NCBI GenBank assembly: GCA_946625545.1
Contig: CAMOTC010000003.1
Span: 1-42,307 of the forward strand
From: an uncultured Clostridia bacterium
GTDB lineage: Bacteria > Bacillota > Clostridia > Christensenellales > CAG-1252
DNA length: 42,307 bases
Direction: 5' to 3'
The position numbers were made by a program, and so were the translations under genes. The notes beneath the pieces are model-generated. The model saw only the letters and a list, made by a program, of their open reading frames with translations, was not told the DNA's origin and made no database searches. Shown piece by piece: positions 8,246-21,197 of the stretch. The first letter of the stretch is position 1. The number at the start of each line of letters is the position of its first letter.

Positions 8246-9238
8246 ATGAAAAAGCTTTCGGCGATCCTGCTTCTCATCTCTTTGACGTTTTGTCTCGGTG
8301 CATGTTCTCCGAGAGAGATGACGGTGCGCGGCTTCGCCGTGGGCTCCGAATACTATGTTACGTATACTTCGTCGAAGGATCTTTCGGCGGAGATCAATGA
8401 GATGCTCTCCTCTATAGAGGAGAGTTTTTCTGTCAAAGTATCTACCTCCGTACTCGCGCGTATCAATGCCGCACAGGCGGGCGAGGCTGTCACTCTCAAT
8501 GAAGAGGAGAGCGTCGTCCTCTCGCGCGCACTCACTATCGCGATAGAGACGCAGGGCGCTTTTGAGCCTGCAATACTCCCCCTTGTCAAGGTGTGGGGAT
8601 TTGATCCTCCGTTTGAGATGAATAAAGAAGTGCCTCCCTCTACTCAAAGTATCGACGATGCGCGCTTGATATCGGGCTACGGCTATTTTACTTATTCCGA
8701 GGCTACCTCGAGCGTCGTGAAGACTATCGACGACGCCTGTCTCGACCTCGGCGGTGCGATCAAGGGGTATGCCGCAGAGAGGGTGCGAGAGGTGATAAAA
8801 GAGCGCTGTGATGAGGCTCTCGTCTATGTCGGCGGGACCATCGCGGCGGTGGGGCGTGACTATGAGATCGGCGTGACTCCCCCCAGAGATAGTAAGGAGA
8901 GCTACATTTTCCGCTTTACTCTCGGACAAAACGAGATCTGTGCTACGAGTGGTGATTACGAGAGATATTATCTCTACAAAGGGGAGAGATACCATCATAT
9001 TTTGGACGCTTCGACAGGGTATCCTGCGAATGCGGGTGTGATCTCGGCAACGATCATCAGCGAGGACGGTATGCTCGCAGATGCTCTCGCCACTGCGGTC
9101 GTCGTGCTTGGCGCGGAGAAGGGCGTCGCCCTCATCGAGAAGCTCGGCGCAAAGGGCGTGATCGTGACGGAGGAGAAAGAAGTGATCTCGACAGGGGTCA
9201 CGGTGACGATCAAGGATACTGCCTATGCGCTCCGTTAA
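8246..9238 (+). CDS. apbE: FAD:protein FMN transferase, lipoprotein
   Basis: Lipobox LGAC; LDLGGAIKGYAAE, ATSGDYERY, RYHHILDASTGYP, ADALATA. Confidence 0.92.
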   Translation: MKKLSAILLLISLTFCLGACSPREMTVRGFAVGSEYYVTYTSSKDLSAEINEMLSSIEESFSVKVSTSVLARINAAQAGEAVTLNEEESVVLSRALTIAIETQGAFEPAILPLVKVWGFDPPFEMNKEVPPSTQSIDDARLISGYGYFTYSEATSSVVKTIDDACLDLGGAIKGYAAERVREVIKERCDEALVYVGGTIAAVGRDYEIGVTPPRDSKESYIFRFTLGQNEICATSGDYERYYLYKGERYHHILDASTGYPANAGVISATIISEDGMLADALATAVVVLGAEKGVALIEKLGAKGVIVTEEKEVISTGVTVTIKDTAYALR

Positions 9239-9590
9239 GCCCTTGACTCTATTTCGCATCTGGGACGTTGTATTGATCGTCCTGCTCCTTGTTTTGGTGG
9301 GATTATCGCTGTATTTCGCACTCTCTCCCGAGAGCGGGACTGCTGCGGAGATCTATCTTGACGGCGAACTATACGACACGTGCCCTCTGTCTCGCGATGC
9401 GCAGATCACTCTCGATCATTTGACTATCGTTGTGTCCGATGGTCGCGTATGGGTGGAGGATGCAGATTGTCCCGATAAAATATGCGAAAAGCGCGGCGCG
9501 ATCTCTCAAGCGGGACAATCTATCGTCTGTCTCCCAAATCGTGTTGTCGTAAAGATCAGCGGAAAGGGCGAAGTGGAGGCGATCTCATGA
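9225..9590 (+). CDS. NusG domain II-containing membrane-anchored protein
   Basis: N-terminal TM helix; ADCPDKICEKRG and SIVCLPNRVVV. Confidence 0.88.
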   Translation: MRSVKPLTLFRIWDVVLIVLLLVLVGLSLYFALSPESGTAAEIYLDGELYDTCPLSRDAQITLDHLTIVVSDGRVWVEDADCPDKICEKRGAISQAGQSIVCLPNRVVVKISGKGEVEAIS

Positions 9591-10093
9591 CGGCAAGGAA
9601 TGCGGCGCAAACGGCGGTGCTCCTCGCAGTCGCCTTGATCCTCGGTTTTTTGGAGAATCTATTACCTCCCATTATCCCTATATTGCCCTATGCGAAGATC
9701 GGTCTCGGCAACGCCGCGGTGCTGCTCGCTTTGATATGGCTCGGCGTTCCCTATGCGGCGGTCATACTCGTCCTAAAATGCGTGATCATAGGGCTCTTTT
9801 CAGGAGCTCCGACGATGATACTATATTCTCTCGGCGGTGGGATTTTGTCCTTTGCGATCATGGCTGTCCTCTTGTATATCGGTGCAAACGGCGTTCCCGC
9901 CATCAGTGCGGCGGGCGGCATCATGCACAACGTAGGACAGATCCTCGTCGCGATCGCATTTACGGGTACGGCAGGGGTTGCTCTTCTCCTCGTTTATCTC
10001 GCGCTCTTTGGCGCTGTCGCGGGAGGGGTGATCGGAGTGATCGTCTATTTTGTCGATCTCGGCGTCAGAAGGGCGCAAAAGGGAAAAGAATGA
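9587..10093 (+). CDS. Gx transporter family protein (heptaprenyl diphosphate synthase component I-like)
   Basis: Hydrophobic; LENLLPP..PYAKIGLGN, YSLGGGILS, GGIMHNVGQI; ATGA overlap with upstream gene. Confidence 0.85.
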   Translation: MTARNAAQTAVLLAVALILGFLENLLPPIIPILPYAKIGLGNAAVLLALIWLGVPYAAVILVLKCVIIGLFSGAPTMILYSLGGGILSFAIMAVLLYIGANGVPAISAAGGIMHNVGQILVAIAFTGTAGVALLLVYLALFGAVAGGVIGVIVYFVDLGVRRAQKGKE

Positions 10094-10764
10094 TCGAGCG
10101 TGAAATATTCAAACGGAGGATCATCCTCTTTGACAGATTGGAAAGCTTCGGATTTGTCCGTGCAAACGGAGATTATCTTTACGAGCGGAAGATCTACGAC
10201 GGGATGATCGCTCGCGTACGGATCGCTCCCTTGGGTGAGGTCTCGGGAGATGTCTATGACGAGGATCTCGGCGAGGTGTACGTCAATCATCGCGTCGAGT
10301 CTGCGACGGGAGCTTTCGTCGTAGGGGTCAGGAATGCATATACCGCTCTCCTCGAGGAGATCGCCGAAGCGGTCAGCGTGGAGAAACGATATGTCGGGGA
10401 TCAGACAAATCGCATCGATGCCTATATGTTGGATCGATACGGCGTTTCCCCCGAGTTTATGTGGAAGAAATTTCCCCATTTCGGAGTGTATCGTAATGCT
10501 TCGACGAGTAAGTGGTTCGCGATCATCATGAATATCGGTAAGGAAAAGATCGTCAAAGGGGAGAGCGGCGAGGTCGAAGTGATGAACCTGAAACTCGATG
10601 GACTCGCGTCGGACTATCTAGGGAATGGAGTCTATCCTTCATATCACATGAATCACAAGAGTTGGGTCACTGTCCTTCTCGACAGCTCTGTGGGGGATGA
10701 TAAGGTAGAGGAAATGATCGAGATTTCTTATAAGAATTCATTCAATAAATCAAAGAGAAAATAA
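10090..10764 (+). CDS. MmcQ/YjbR family protein
   Basis: YGVSPEFMWKKFP, KWFAIIM, YPSYHMNHKSWVTVLLD, IEISY; start at ATGA overlap. Confidence 0.85.
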   Translation: MIEREIFKRRIILFDRLESFGFVRANGDYLYERKIYDGMIARVRIAPLGEVSGDVYDEDLGEVYVNHRVESATGAFVVGVRNAYTALLEEIAEAVSVEKRYVGDQTNRIDAYMLDRYGVSPEFMWKKFPHFGVYRNASTSKWFAIIMNIGKEKIVKGESGEVEVMNLKLDGLASDYLGNGVYPSYHMNHKSWVTVLLDSSVGDDKVEEMIEISYKNSFNKSKRK

Positions 10765-10792
10765 AAAAGGCGCTTGCGCGCCTTGTTTTTTT
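10763..10792. terminator. Bidirectional terminator between convergent genes
   Basis: A-run, AAGGCGC-TTGC-GCGCCTT, T-run. Confidence 0.75.
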
Positions 10793-11547
10793 CAGATCAA
10801 ACGAGTTTGTTTTATATTGATCACGCTCTTTGCGTTCGGATCGGGGATATAGCCTTCAAAGATGATATTCTCCGCATACATACGCGCCTTTTTCTCGAGG
10901 ATGGGGTTAGTGACCGTCCAGGCGAGGACTTTGGGCGCTTTCCCTCTCAGGATGATGGATCTGCGATCGTTGAGATTGGAGACCATATAGGAGATAAAGT
11001 CGGGACGGATGCGTTTCGTCCAGTAAAGGGCGAAACTCACGACGTCTGATGCGAGGATGCCGATGGGACAGGCGGGGACGTGCTTCCTGTACCAAGAGAG
11101 AGCAGTGGGGCTGAAGGATTGTATCGCGTATTTGCCGTTATAGTTCGCGAGTAGCTCAGACATTCTCTCGGCGACGCGGGTGCGGACGTAGGTCTTGATC
11201 TCGATCAAGAGACCCGTCCTGCCGTTGACGTAGGAGAGCACCTCCTGAAAGGTGGGGATGCGCTCGTTGACAAAGGGGAGGGTGTAATGCGAGAGCTGTT
11301 CGTAGGTGAGATCCTGCAATTCGATGCTCTCGCCGAAGATGCGCTCGAGGGTATTGTCATGAAAGACGACAAGCTCGTCGTCTGCGAGAATATGTACATC
11401 GATCTCGATATTATAGCCCTTCTGAATGGCGGCTTCGTACGCCGCGAGGCTATTCTCCATGACGCCGCCACCGTGCAGTCCGCGGTGAGCTATCGGCTTG
11501 TCAAAGAGCCAGCTGTGATCGATGACTTTGGTAATGTTTTTCGCCAT
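10792..11547 (-). CDS. Glycerophosphodiester phosphodiesterase family protein
   Basis: IAHRGLH, ENSLAAY, IEIDVH, VVFHDNTLER, IPTFQEVL, LLIEIK, LAWTV. Confidence 0.9.
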   Translation of the reverse strand: MAKNITKVIDHSWLFDKPIAHRGLHGGGVMENSLAAYEAAIQKGYNIEIDVHILADDELVVFHDNTLERIFGESIELQDLTYEQLSHYTLPFVNERIPTFQEVLSYVNGRTGLLIEIKTYVRTRVAERMSELLANYNGKYAIQSFSPTALSWYRKHVPACPIGILASDVVSFALYWTKRIRPDFISYMVSNLNDRRSIILRGKAPKVLAWTVTNPILEKKARMYAENIIFEGYIPDPNAKSVINIKQTRLI

Positions 11548-11660
11548 GACTTCCCTCTCCTTAACTATTATTATAACATAACTTTTAATTATGTAAATAC
11601 TTTACCTCATAAAAAAAATATTATATAATAATTTATGCGATAAATATCGCGACGGACAAT

Positions 11661-13451
11661 ATGGATAGGGATCATATCAGGAATTTTTGTATTATAGCGC
11701 ACATCGATCACGGCAAGAGCACCCTTGCGGATCGCTTGATGGACGTCACGGGGACTGTCCCCGAGAGAGAGGCGAAAGAACAGCTTCTCGATAATATGGA
11801 CATCGAGCGCGAGAGGGGGATCACGATCAAGCTCCAGCCTGTCAGAATGTTTTATAAACTGGATGGCGAGGAGTATATGCTCAACCTGATCGATACCCCG
11901 GGACACGTGGACTTTACCTACGAAGTTTCACGTTCTCTCGCCGCGTGCGAGGGCGCCGTCCTCGTCGTGGACGCTACGCAGGGGGTGGAGGCGCAGACTT
12001 TGACCAACGTCTATCTCGCGATAGACAATAATCTTGAGGTCATTCCCGTGATCAATAAGGTAGACTTGCAGGGCGCAGACGTCGAGGGCACCAAGCGTGA
12101 GATCGAGGATATCATCGGGATCCCCGCTTCGGACGCTCCCGCCATCAGCGCAAAGACAGGTCTCAATATCGAGAAGGTGCTCGAGAGTATCATCTATAAC
12201 CTTCCTGCCGCGCGCGGTGACGAGAGCGCGCCGCTGAAAGCGCTCATTTTTGACTCCGTTTATGACAATTACAAGGGAGCGATCAGCTTTATCCGCGTGC
12301 TTGACGGCTCGGTCAAGGTAGGGGATAAGATCAAGATGTTCTCGACGGGCAAGGTCTTTGACGTGACCGAGGTCGGCGTCTTTACGCCTAAGATGATCCC
12401 TGTGAGATCTCTCTCTGCGGGTGAGGTCGGTTATCTCGCCGCGAGTATAAAGAACGTTTCGGACACCGCCGTAGGTGATACGATCACCTTTGCGGAGGGC
12501 GGGACGAAGGAGCCTTTCCCCGGCTATAAAGCGGTCAAGCCTGTAGTTTTTGCGGGTATCTTCCCCGCGGATGGCAGTAAATACACCGAGCTGCGCGAGG
12601 CGCTCGAAAAGCTAAAGCTGAACGATGCTTCCCTTTTCTTTGAACCCGACGTTTCTGCGGCTCTCGGTTTTGGGTTTCGTTGCGGTTTTCTCGGTCTTCT
12701 TCATATGGAGATCATCGAGGAGAGGTTGGAGAGGGAGTTTAATATCGATCTCGTGACCACTGCGCCGAGCGTCTCCTATAAGGTGTATAAGTACGGCGGC
12801 GAGGTCATCAACGTGGATAATCCCTCCCATTTGCCTTCCCCCTCCGAGATCGACTATATGGAGGAGCCTATCGTGCGCGCGACCCTCTTTACTCCGCCCG
12901 AGTACGTCGGCCCCATAATGGAGCTTTGTCAGGGGAAGAGGGGTACTTTCCTGGATATGAGCTATGTGGATACTTCGCGTGCGAAGTTGACCTACGATAT
13001 CCCTCTCGCTGAGATCGTTTACGATTTCTTTGACGACCTCAAGTCGCGTACGCGCGGTTATGCGAGTATGGACTATGAGATCATCGGGTTTAAGAAGAGT
13101 GAGCTCGTCAAGCTCGATATCATGCTGAACGGTGAGATCTGCGATGCGCTCTCCTTGATCGTGCATAAGGACGCCGCCTATGGGCGAGGCAGGGGTATCG
13201 CCGAAAAACTGAAAGAGGTCATTCCTCGTCAGATGTTCGAGATCCCCATTCAGGCGTGCGTCGGCGGGAAGGTCATCGCTCGTGAGACGGTGAAGGCGAT
13301 GCGTAAAGACGTCCTCGCGAAGTGCTACGGCGGCGATATCACGAGAAAGAAAAAGCTCCTTGAGAAGCAAAAAGAAGGCAAAAAGCGTATGCGGCAGGTG
13401 GGAAGCGTCTCATTGCCGAGCGAGGCTTTTATGTCCATTTTGAAGCGGTGA
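11661..13451 (+). CDS. lepA: Elongation factor 4
   Basis: [59 protein letters not shown]. Confidence 0.98.
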   Translation: MDRDHIRNFCIIAHIDHGKSTLADRLMDVTGTVPEREAKEQLLDNMDIERERGITIKLQPVRMFYKLDGEEYMLNLIDTPGHVDFTYEVSRSLAACEGAVLVVDATQGVEAQTLTNVYLAIDNNLEVIPVINKVDLQGADVEGTKREIEDIIGIPASDAPAISAKTGLNIEKVLESIIYNLPAARGDESAPLKALIFDSVYDNYKGAISFIRVLDGSVKVGDKIKMFSTGKVFDVTEVGVFTPKMIPVRSLSAGEVGYLAASIKNVSDTAVGDTITFAEGGTKEPFPGYKAVKPVVFAGIFPADGSKYTELREALEKLKLNDASLFFEPDVSAALGFGFRCGFLGLLHMEIIEERLEREFNIDLVTTAPSVSYKVYKYGGEVINVDNPSHLPSPSEIDYMEEPIVRATLFTPPEYVGPIMELCQGKRGTFLDMSYVDTSRAKLTYDIPLAEIVYDFFDDLKSRTRGYASMDYEIIGFKKSELVKLDIMLNGEICDALSLIVHKDAAYGRGRGIAEKLKEVIPRQMFEIPIQACVGGKVIARETVKAMRKDVLAKCYGGDITRKKKLLEKQKEGKKRMRQVGSVSLPSEAFMSILKR

Positions 13452-14581
13452 GAGATCTCTCGCGCGACTTTTCGCTCTATATCCATATCCCATTTTGCGT
13501 GAAGAAATGCGCGTACTGCGATTTCTTGTCTTTTGCCGATCATTCTGCTATGGCGGATTATTTCTCCGCGCTCATCCGCGAGATCCACGCGAAGGGGCGT
13601 GAGTACGGCGGCAGGGTGGATCATATCTACGTAGGCGGAGGGACCCCCTCGATCGCATACGAGTATTTTCCTCTTTTGCGATCGGCGATAGAGGAGAGCT
13701 TTGATCTGTCGGACGAGATCGAGATCAGTATGGAGTGCAATCCCGAGAGCGTGACGCCGCGCTTTATCGAGGCGGCGAAAGCCTTTGGGGTAAATCGCAT
13801 CAGTGTAGGGGTCCAGACTTTATCCGATGCTCTCTTGAAGGTTATCGGCAGGGCACACGATCGCGCGCGTGCGCTGAATGCGGTTGATCTCTTGACTCGC
13901 GAATTTCCCTCCGTCAACGTGGACGTGATGGTGGGACTACCGAATCAGACGCGCAATGATGTCGCGGAGACGTTGGACGCTTTGCTCGCATTTCCGATCG
14001 ATCATATCTCCTGCTATAGTCTGATCCTCGAAGAAGGTACGCCCCTATGCGCCGCCAAAGAGCGTGGGGAATTTATCCCCGACGACGATCATGCGGTCGA
14101 TCTCTACGATCTCGCGAGAGAGAAGCTCAAAGCGTCGGGATTTTATCGCTATGAGATCAGCAATTTCTGCAAGAGCGATCACGCTTGCGGCTACAACCTT
14201 TCTGTTTGGCAATATGGGGAGTATCTCGGCCTCGGTATTGGCGCGTCTTCTTTCTTGAGAAGAGGGGTGAGAGGCTTTGCGGTAAGATTGAAGAATGTCG
14301 AGGATCTATCCGAGTACATCGCCACTGATGGCACCTTTCCCGATCGCGAGGAGATATCCAAAGAGGAGGGGATGAGGGAGTTTATTATGCTCGGGCTTCG
14401 GCTCGAGGAGGGACTCGATCTCAGCGCGTTTCAGACAATTTTCGGCGTAGATTTTATGAAAATATATGGAGAAAAGGTGCTGAAACTCGATAATATGCTC
14501 ATGATTTCCTCCACGCACGTTGCCATAAAGCCCGAATATTTCTATATATCAAACGGTATCATAGAAGATATTATATATTGA
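13448..14581 (+). CDS. hemW: Radical SAM heme chaperone HemW (HemN-like)
   Basis: [29 protein letters not shown]; canonical position between lepA and hrcA. Confidence 0.88.
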   Translation: MRDLSRDFSLYIHIPFCVKKCAYCDFLSFADHSAMADYFSALIREIHAKGREYGGRVDHIYVGGGTPSIAYEYFPLLRSAIEESFDLSDEIEISMECNPESVTPRFIEAAKAFGVNRISVGVQTLSDALLKVIGRAHDRARALNAVDLLTREFPSVNVDVMVGLPNQTRNDVAETLDALLAFPIDHISCYSLILEEGTPLCAAKERGEFIPDDDHAVDLYDLAREKLKASGFYRYEISNFCKSDHACGYNLSVWQYGEYLGLGIGASSFLRRGVRGFAVRLKNVEDLSEYIATDGTFPDREEISKEEGMREFIMLGLRLEEGLDLSAFQTIFGVDFMKIYGEKVLKLDNMLMISSTHVAIKPEYFYISNGIIEDIIY

Positions 14582-14685
14582 TTTTTTTATTTCGATATTA
14601 TTTTTTTAATATAATCTAAAGATTAAGGCTTTTTGTTTTCTTATCTGTTTTGTAGAAAATTTTTTGAAAAAACGGCATAAAAGTC

Positions 14686-14714
14686 TTGACAAAGGCACAT
14701 AATGGTATTAGAAT
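14686..14714 (+). promoter_or_regulatory. SigA promoter of hrcA-dnaK operon
   Basis: TTGACA-17 bp-TAGAAT. Confidence 0.8.
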
Positions 14715-14715
14715 G

Positions 14716-14742
14716 TTAGCAGTCGAGCGATGAAAGTGCTAA
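14716..14742 (+). promoter_or_regulatory. CIRCE operator (HrcA site)
   Basis: TTAGCAGTC-N9-AAGTGCTAA versus consensus TTAGCACTC-N9-GAGTGCTAA. Confidence 0.9.
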
Positions 14743-14784
14743 CAATCATCAATAAAGACTGCCAAGGTTGCAAGGAGGTATGAT

Positions 14785-15834
14785 ATGGAACTATCCGCGA
14801 GAAAGAGAAAGATCCTCGGTCTCTTGGTCGAGAGATATATCAAGACCGCCGAGCCTGTCTCCAGCGGGGAGATCAAATCGCTTTACGGTGAGGACATCAG
14901 TTCTGCCACGATCCGCAGTGAGCTCGCGAGCCTGGAGGAGCTCGGCTATCTCGTACAGCCGCACGTTTCTGCGGGTCGTATCCCGACCGAGGTCGCCTAT
15001 AAGCTCTACGTGGAGAATATCCTCGCAGGGGAAAAGAAGGAGATCCGCGTGGCGGGTGTCAGAGATTATCTCGATAAAAAGATCGTAGAGATCGAGGACG
15101 TGGTCAGAAATACCGCTCGCGTGATCAGCGACGCTACGAACTATACGAGCGTGATCGTGATCAAGAATACCGACGATATCCGCATTCGCGAGGTCAAGCT
15201 CGTTGAGGTAGATGCCGGCAGAGCGCTCGTGGTCATCATGACAGACAGCGGCGTGATCAAGGATAACATTATCGAGATCCCTATCAATATGGGGAGCGGC
15301 TATGTCAATGCCGCAAATGAAGTCGTGAACGATCTCTTTGCGAATAAAACGCTCCGCGATATTCGCGAGGGCGTCAAGAATATCGACGACGAGATGATGC
15401 AGTATCACGACATCTTTGATAAGATCATCGGGCTGCTTGAGGCGTATGCGTCGGGTAGGCACGACAAGGTCTTTGTGGAGGGTACGAGCAAGATGTTTGC
15501 CCATCCCGAGTTTTCGGAGATCGAGAATGCGCGTGATTTCATCCGCCTCCTCGATGAAAAAGAGAAGCTCGGCGAGCTGATGACAAATGACGGCGACATC
15601 GAGCTCTCGGTCAGGATCGGCAAGCCCGACGGACTTGAGGGAAATTGCTCGATGGTGACTGCTCGCTATTCGATCGGCGGAGCGGAGATCGGCAAGGCGG
15701 GTGTTATCGGACCCGAAAGAATGGACTATGATAAGGTGGTGAGCGTGCTCCATTATATCCAAAAGGTATTTAACGGAGAAGGCGAACCTGACGAAAAGGA
15801 GAAGAAAAATGGCGAAATCCGCAAACGAAAATAA
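14785..15834 (+). CDS. hrcA: Heat-inducible transcription repressor
   Basis: YIKTAEPVSS, SSATIRSELASLEELGYLVQPHVSAGRIPT, GVIGPERMDY. Confidence 0.95.
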   Translation: MELSARKRKILGLLVERYIKTAEPVSSGEIKSLYGEDISSATIRSELASLEELGYLVQPHVSAGRIPTEVAYKLYVENILAGEKKEIRVAGVRDYLDKKIVEIEDVVRNTARVISDATNYTSVIVIKNTDDIRIREVKLVEVDAGRALVVIMTDSGVIKDNIIEIPINMGSGYVNAANEVVNDLFANKTLRDIREGVKNIDDEMMQYHDIFDKIIGLLEAYASGRHDKVFVEGTSKMFAHPEFSEIENARDFIRLLDEKEKLGELMTNDGDIELSVRIGKPDGLEGNCSMVTARYSIGGAEIGKAGVIGPERMDYDKVVSVLHYIQKVFNGEGEPDEKEKKNGEIRKRK

Positions 15835-16363
15835 GAAGAAAACGACCAAGCAGGAGGAAGAAGTCATCTCCTTCGATACCGAAGAGATGATCCGCGAGGA
15901 GGAGCCGAAGGTCAATCCCGAAGTGGAAGGGCTAAAGCAGGCGCTCCAGGCTGAGAAGGACAATTACCTCAGGCTTCGCGCCGACTACGAGAACTTCCGC
16001 AGAAGAAATCAAGAGGCGACGGTGAATGCCCGCCGTGACGGTACGGCGAATGCGGTGGAGGCGATCCTTCCGATCATTGATTCCATCGACAGGGCGTTCG
16101 GCATCTGCTCTGATGACAAGTCAAAGGAAGGATTGATGCTTATCAAAAAGCAGATCGAGACTTCACTTAGTCAACTCGGCGTCAGTGAGATCCCCGCAGA
16201 AGGCGCAGAATTCGACCATAACCTCCATAACGCAGTTCAGCGTGCGGAAGTAGAGGCGTCGGAGGTCGGCAAGGTCCTCGAGGTCTATCAGAGAGGCTAC
16301 AAGCTCGGCGACAAAGTCATCCGTTACGCGATGGTGAAGGTCGGCGTGGAAAAGAGCGAATAA
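15809..16363 (+). CDS. grpE: Nucleotide exchange factor GrpE
   Basis: YLRLRADYENFRRR, FDHNLHNAV, YQRGYKLGDKVIRYAMVKV. Confidence 0.95.
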   Translation: MAKSANENKKKTTKQEEEVISFDTEEMIREEEPKVNPEVEGLKQALQAEKDNYLRLRADYENFRRRNQEATVNARRDGTANAVEAILPIIDSIDRAFGICSDDKSKEGLMLIKKQIETSLSQLGVSEIPAEGAEFDHNLHNAVQRAEVEASEVGKVLEVYQRGYKLGDKVIRYAMVKVGVEKSE

Positions 16364-16422
16364 AAGGATAAAGGTTATCCTTTCAAATACACAATCATCG
16401 AGGCAGTGCCTCAAATAAATAA

Positions 16423-18252
<1,830 letters not shown>

Positions 18253-18261
18253 TTAAATTCA

Positions 18262-18292
18262 GCAGGGAGGGGCAACCCTCTCTGCATCCTTT
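18262..18292 (+). terminator. dnaK-dnaJ intergenic hairpin (partial terminator or stabiliser)
   Basis: GCAGGGAGGG-GCAA-CCCTCTCTGC with weak T tail. Confidence 0.55.
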
Positions 18293-18331
18293 ATAAAGTC
18301 GATCGGAGAGATTGGCTGAATCGAGTAAATT

Positions 18332-19477
18332 ATGGCAGATAAGTACGATTATTACGAAATATTGGGCGTGTCTAAGGGCGCGAGCGAGGATGAGATCAAG
18401 TCCGCATATCGAAAGATGGCGAAGAAGTATCATCCCGACCTCTACTCCACAAAGCCCGAATCAGAGCGCAAAGCGGCAGAAGAGCAGTTCAAAAAGATCA
18501 ATCACGCCTACGACGTGCTCTCTGATAGCCAAAAACGTGCGGCATACGATCAGTACGGTGACGAGAACGGCCCGATGGGCGGTGGCTTCGGCGGTGGCGC
18601 AGGCGGCGCGCAAGGGTTCGGCGACTTTGACAGCTTCTTCGGTGATTTCTTCAGCGCCTTTACAGGTGGAGGACGTCGTTCCGCCAGAGCGAACGGTCGT
18701 ATCGACGGAGATGATATCTCTGCGACGATCACGATCGACTTTATGGAAGCGGTCAGAGGAGTGCAGAAAGATATCCACATCACGAGACAGGAGACCTGCG
18801 CCGATTGTCACGGAACAGGAGCGAAAAACGGCTCCGCATATAAGACCTGCGGTCGATGCGGCGGTACGGGGCGTGTGACCATGCGTCAAAATACCATCTT
18901 CGGACAGCAAGTCGTGCAAAGCGTATGTCCCGATTGCCATGGCAACGGTCGTATCATTACCGAGACCTGCAGAAGCTGCGGCGGCAAGGGAATGAACCGC
19001 GCGTCGCGCGTCATACACGCGAATATTCCTGCGGGTATCGATAACGGACAGATGCTCAGCTTTGCCAATGAGGGCAACTGTGGCAAAAATGGGGGTGCGA
19101 AGGGTAATTTTATCCTGATCGTGAATGTAAGACCGCATACTCTCTTCAAGAGGAAAGGATACGATATCTATTTCGACGTCCCGATCTCCTATACCACGGC
19201 AACTCTCGGCGGCGAGATCGAAGTCCCGACCTTGGACGGTGTAGAGAAATATAAGATTTCCGAAGGTACGCAGTCGGGTACGGTATGCAGAATGTCGGGT
19301 AAGGGAGTAAAGAAGATCAAGAGCGAAGCTCGCGGTGATATATACTTCACCGTGCAGGTGCAAACCCCGACAGGGCTCAGTAAACAGCAGAAGGAGATGC
19401 TGTCAAAGTTTGAAGAGACTCTGACTCCTAATCAATCTCCCAAACAAAAGAAATTCTCGGAGTACACTCGCAAATGA
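18332..19477 (+). CDS. dnaJ: Chaperone DnaJ
   Basis: J domain with HPD, G/F region, four CxxCxGxG repeats. Confidence 0.98.
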   Translation: MADKYDYYEILGVSKGASEDEIKSAYRKMAKKYHPDLYSTKPESERKAAEEQFKKINHAYDVLSDSQKRAAYDQYGDENGPMGGGFGGGAGGAQGFGDFDSFFGDFFSAFTGGGRRSARANGRIDGDDISATITIDFMEAVRGVQKDIHITRQETCADCHGTGAKNGSAYKTCGRCGGTGRVTMRQNTIFGQQVVQSVCPDCHGNGRIITETCRSCGGKGMNRASRVIHANIPAGIDNGQMLSFANEGNCGKNGGAKGNFILIVNVRPHTLFKRKGYDIYFDVPISYTTATLGGEIEVPTLDGVEKYKISEGTQSGTVCRMSGKGVKKIKSEARGDIYFTVQVQTPTGLSKQQKEMLSKFEETLTPNQSPKQKKFSEYTRK

Positions 19478-20382
19478 TCAAGATCACCGTCACGACGACA
19501 CATGAAGGCGCGGAGCTGATCTCCGATATCCTCTATCAATATTCTCGTTCAGGCGTCGTCATCGAAGATAAGGAAGATGTCGCGGAGCTCTGGAACTCAG
19601 AATTGGTATGGGACTATCTCGAGGACAGCGTCTTATCTAGACCGAAAGAGGTAAAAGTGGCGGGATATTATGACGGAGAATATTCGGAAATTTCCGATGA
19701 TTTCGAGGAACTGATGGAGAGCGTGAAAGTCAACTGTCCCTTCGCAACTCCTCTCGAATGGCGAGTGGATCCCGTGACGGTCGTTGACTGGTCGGAGGAC
19801 TGGAAAACATTTTATAAGATCATTGAAGTCGGTGACCTGAAAGTCGTTCCTGTTTGGAAGAGGGAAGAGGTCAAAGACGGAAAGATCGTACTCATCAATC
19901 CCGGATCGGCATTCGGCACAGGCGAACACGAAAGTACGCGCTTATGCTTGTCCTTGATGCGGTCTCTGCCTCTCAATGGTTTATCCGTCGTAGATACGGG
20001 ATCCGGGAGCGGGATCCTCGGGATCGCCGCGCTGAAGATGGGCGCGAAGAAATGTTTGTTCCGTGATATCGATGCATCCGCTTTAAATAACCTGCGTGAG
20101 AATATCGCCCTGAATGAAGTGGATGGGACGGTGGAGCAAGCCTCCTTGCTGGAAGGGATCAGCGAAAGCTACGATCTCGTTCTGGCGAATATTACGGCAG
20201 ATATCCTCGCGAAAATGGAGAATGCGGGAGACGTGGTCCGCCAAGGCGGTCATCTCATAATGAGCGGGATCATCGACAAGTACGAAAAACCCTTATTGGA
20301 CAAATTCCTATCTATGGGATTCTCCTTGGTGAAGCGAGAATGCGACGGCATTTGGGTAGGTCTATTAATGAGAAAAGAATAG
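19474..20382 (+). CDS. prmA: Ribosomal protein L11 methyltransferase
   Basis: [37 protein letters not shown]; follows dnaJ. Confidence 0.93.
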   Translation: MIKITVTTTHEGAELISDILYQYSRSGVVIEDKEDVAELWNSELVWDYLEDSVLSRPKEVKVAGYYDGEYSEISDDFEELMESVKVNCPFATPLEWRVDPVTVVDWSEDWKTFYKIIEVGDLKVVPVWKREEVKDGKIVLINPGSAFGTGEHESTRLCLSLMRSLPLNGLSVVDTGSGSGILGIAALKMGAKKCLFRDIDASALNNLRENIALNEVDGTVEQASLLEGISESYDLVLANITADILAKMENAGDVVRQGGHLIMSGIIDKYEKPLLDKFLSMGFSLVKRECDGIWVGLLMRKE

Positions 20383-20410
20383 AGAAAGTGCGATTTTATC
20401 GCACTTTTTT
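20383..20410 (+). terminator. Intrinsic terminator after prmA
   Basis: AAAGTGCGAT-TTT-ATCGCACTTT then T run. Confidence 0.75.
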
Positions 20411-20427
20411 AAATTCGTCGTTATTTA

Positions 20428-20456
20428 TTGCCATTTATTAACAATTGCATTATAAT
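20428..20456 (+). promoter_or_regulatory. SigA promoter for rsmE (probably leaderless)
   Basis: TTGCCA-17 bp-TATAAT, 6 nt before ATG 20463. Confidence 0.7.
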
Positions 20457-20462
20457 ATAGCT

Positions 20463-21197
20463 ATGGAAGTAAAGCGCTTTTTCGTAGAAAATCGACCCAT
20501 AACGGTCGGCGAAAAGATCAACGTGTCGGGAGAGGAGTATCGTCATGCGATCAAGGTCAGCCGATATAAGGTAGGCTATTCTCTGATCCTTTCAAACGGT
20601 GACGGCTACGATTATTTCGCCAAAATCACCGAGATCGACAGAGACTTCTTTACCTGCATTGTAGAGTCTTCTCAAAAAAACGAAAACGAACTCAAAAAAC
20701 CGCTTGCTTTGTATCTCTGCGCGATAGAACGGAGCGATCTCGCCGTCCAAAAAGCGACCGAGATCGGCGCAACCGAGATCCATCTGATGATCTCTCGCTT
20801 TACCAACGCAGTCAATCAAAATCTCGAGCGTTTGAAACGTATCGCGTTGGAGTCCGCGAAGCAGTGCGGCAGGGCGGTCGTCCCAACCATCTATCCTCCC
20901 ATCTCATACGAGGAAGGGATCAAGGATGCGACCTCGCGCTACGAGCAAACGGTTTTCTGCTATGAGCTTGCGCGTGGAGAGAGGATCGGCGACGTTTTTG
21001 CTCCCGACGCTGAGTCCTATGCCTTGATCGTCGGCAGTGAAGGGGGATTTTCGGAGGAAGAAGTCGAAGAGGCTCGCGCTCTTGGCGCGAAGGTCGTGAC
21101 GCTCGGACGCAGAATACTCAGGGCGGAGACCGCCTGTATTGCAGGTTTGGTGCTCATCGCAGATACTATGGAGAAGTATGAAAACAGCTGTAATTAA
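20463..21197 (+). CDS. rsmE: 16S rRNA m3U1498 methyltransferase
   Basis: VQKATEIG, ESAKQCGR, VGSEGGFS, LGRRILRAETA. Confidence 0.93.
   Translation: MEVKRFFVENRPITVGEKINVSGEEYRHAIKVSRYKVGYSLILSNGDGYDYFAKITEIDRDFFTCIVESSQKNENELKKPLALYLCAIERSDLAVQKATEIGATEIHLMISRFTNAVNQNLERLKRIALESAKQCGRAVVPTIYPPISYEEGIKDATSRYEQTVFCYELARGERIGDVFAPDAESYALIVGSEGGFSEEEVEEARALGAKVVTLGRRILRAETACIAGLVLIADTMEKYENSCN

Noticed and set aside
9736-10089. Long N-terminal extensions given by the ORF track for mmcQ (also apbE, Gx, pilin, rsmE, mtaB)
   Set aside because: They overlap upstream genes or promoters; downstream ATGs with RBS or stop-start coupling fit better
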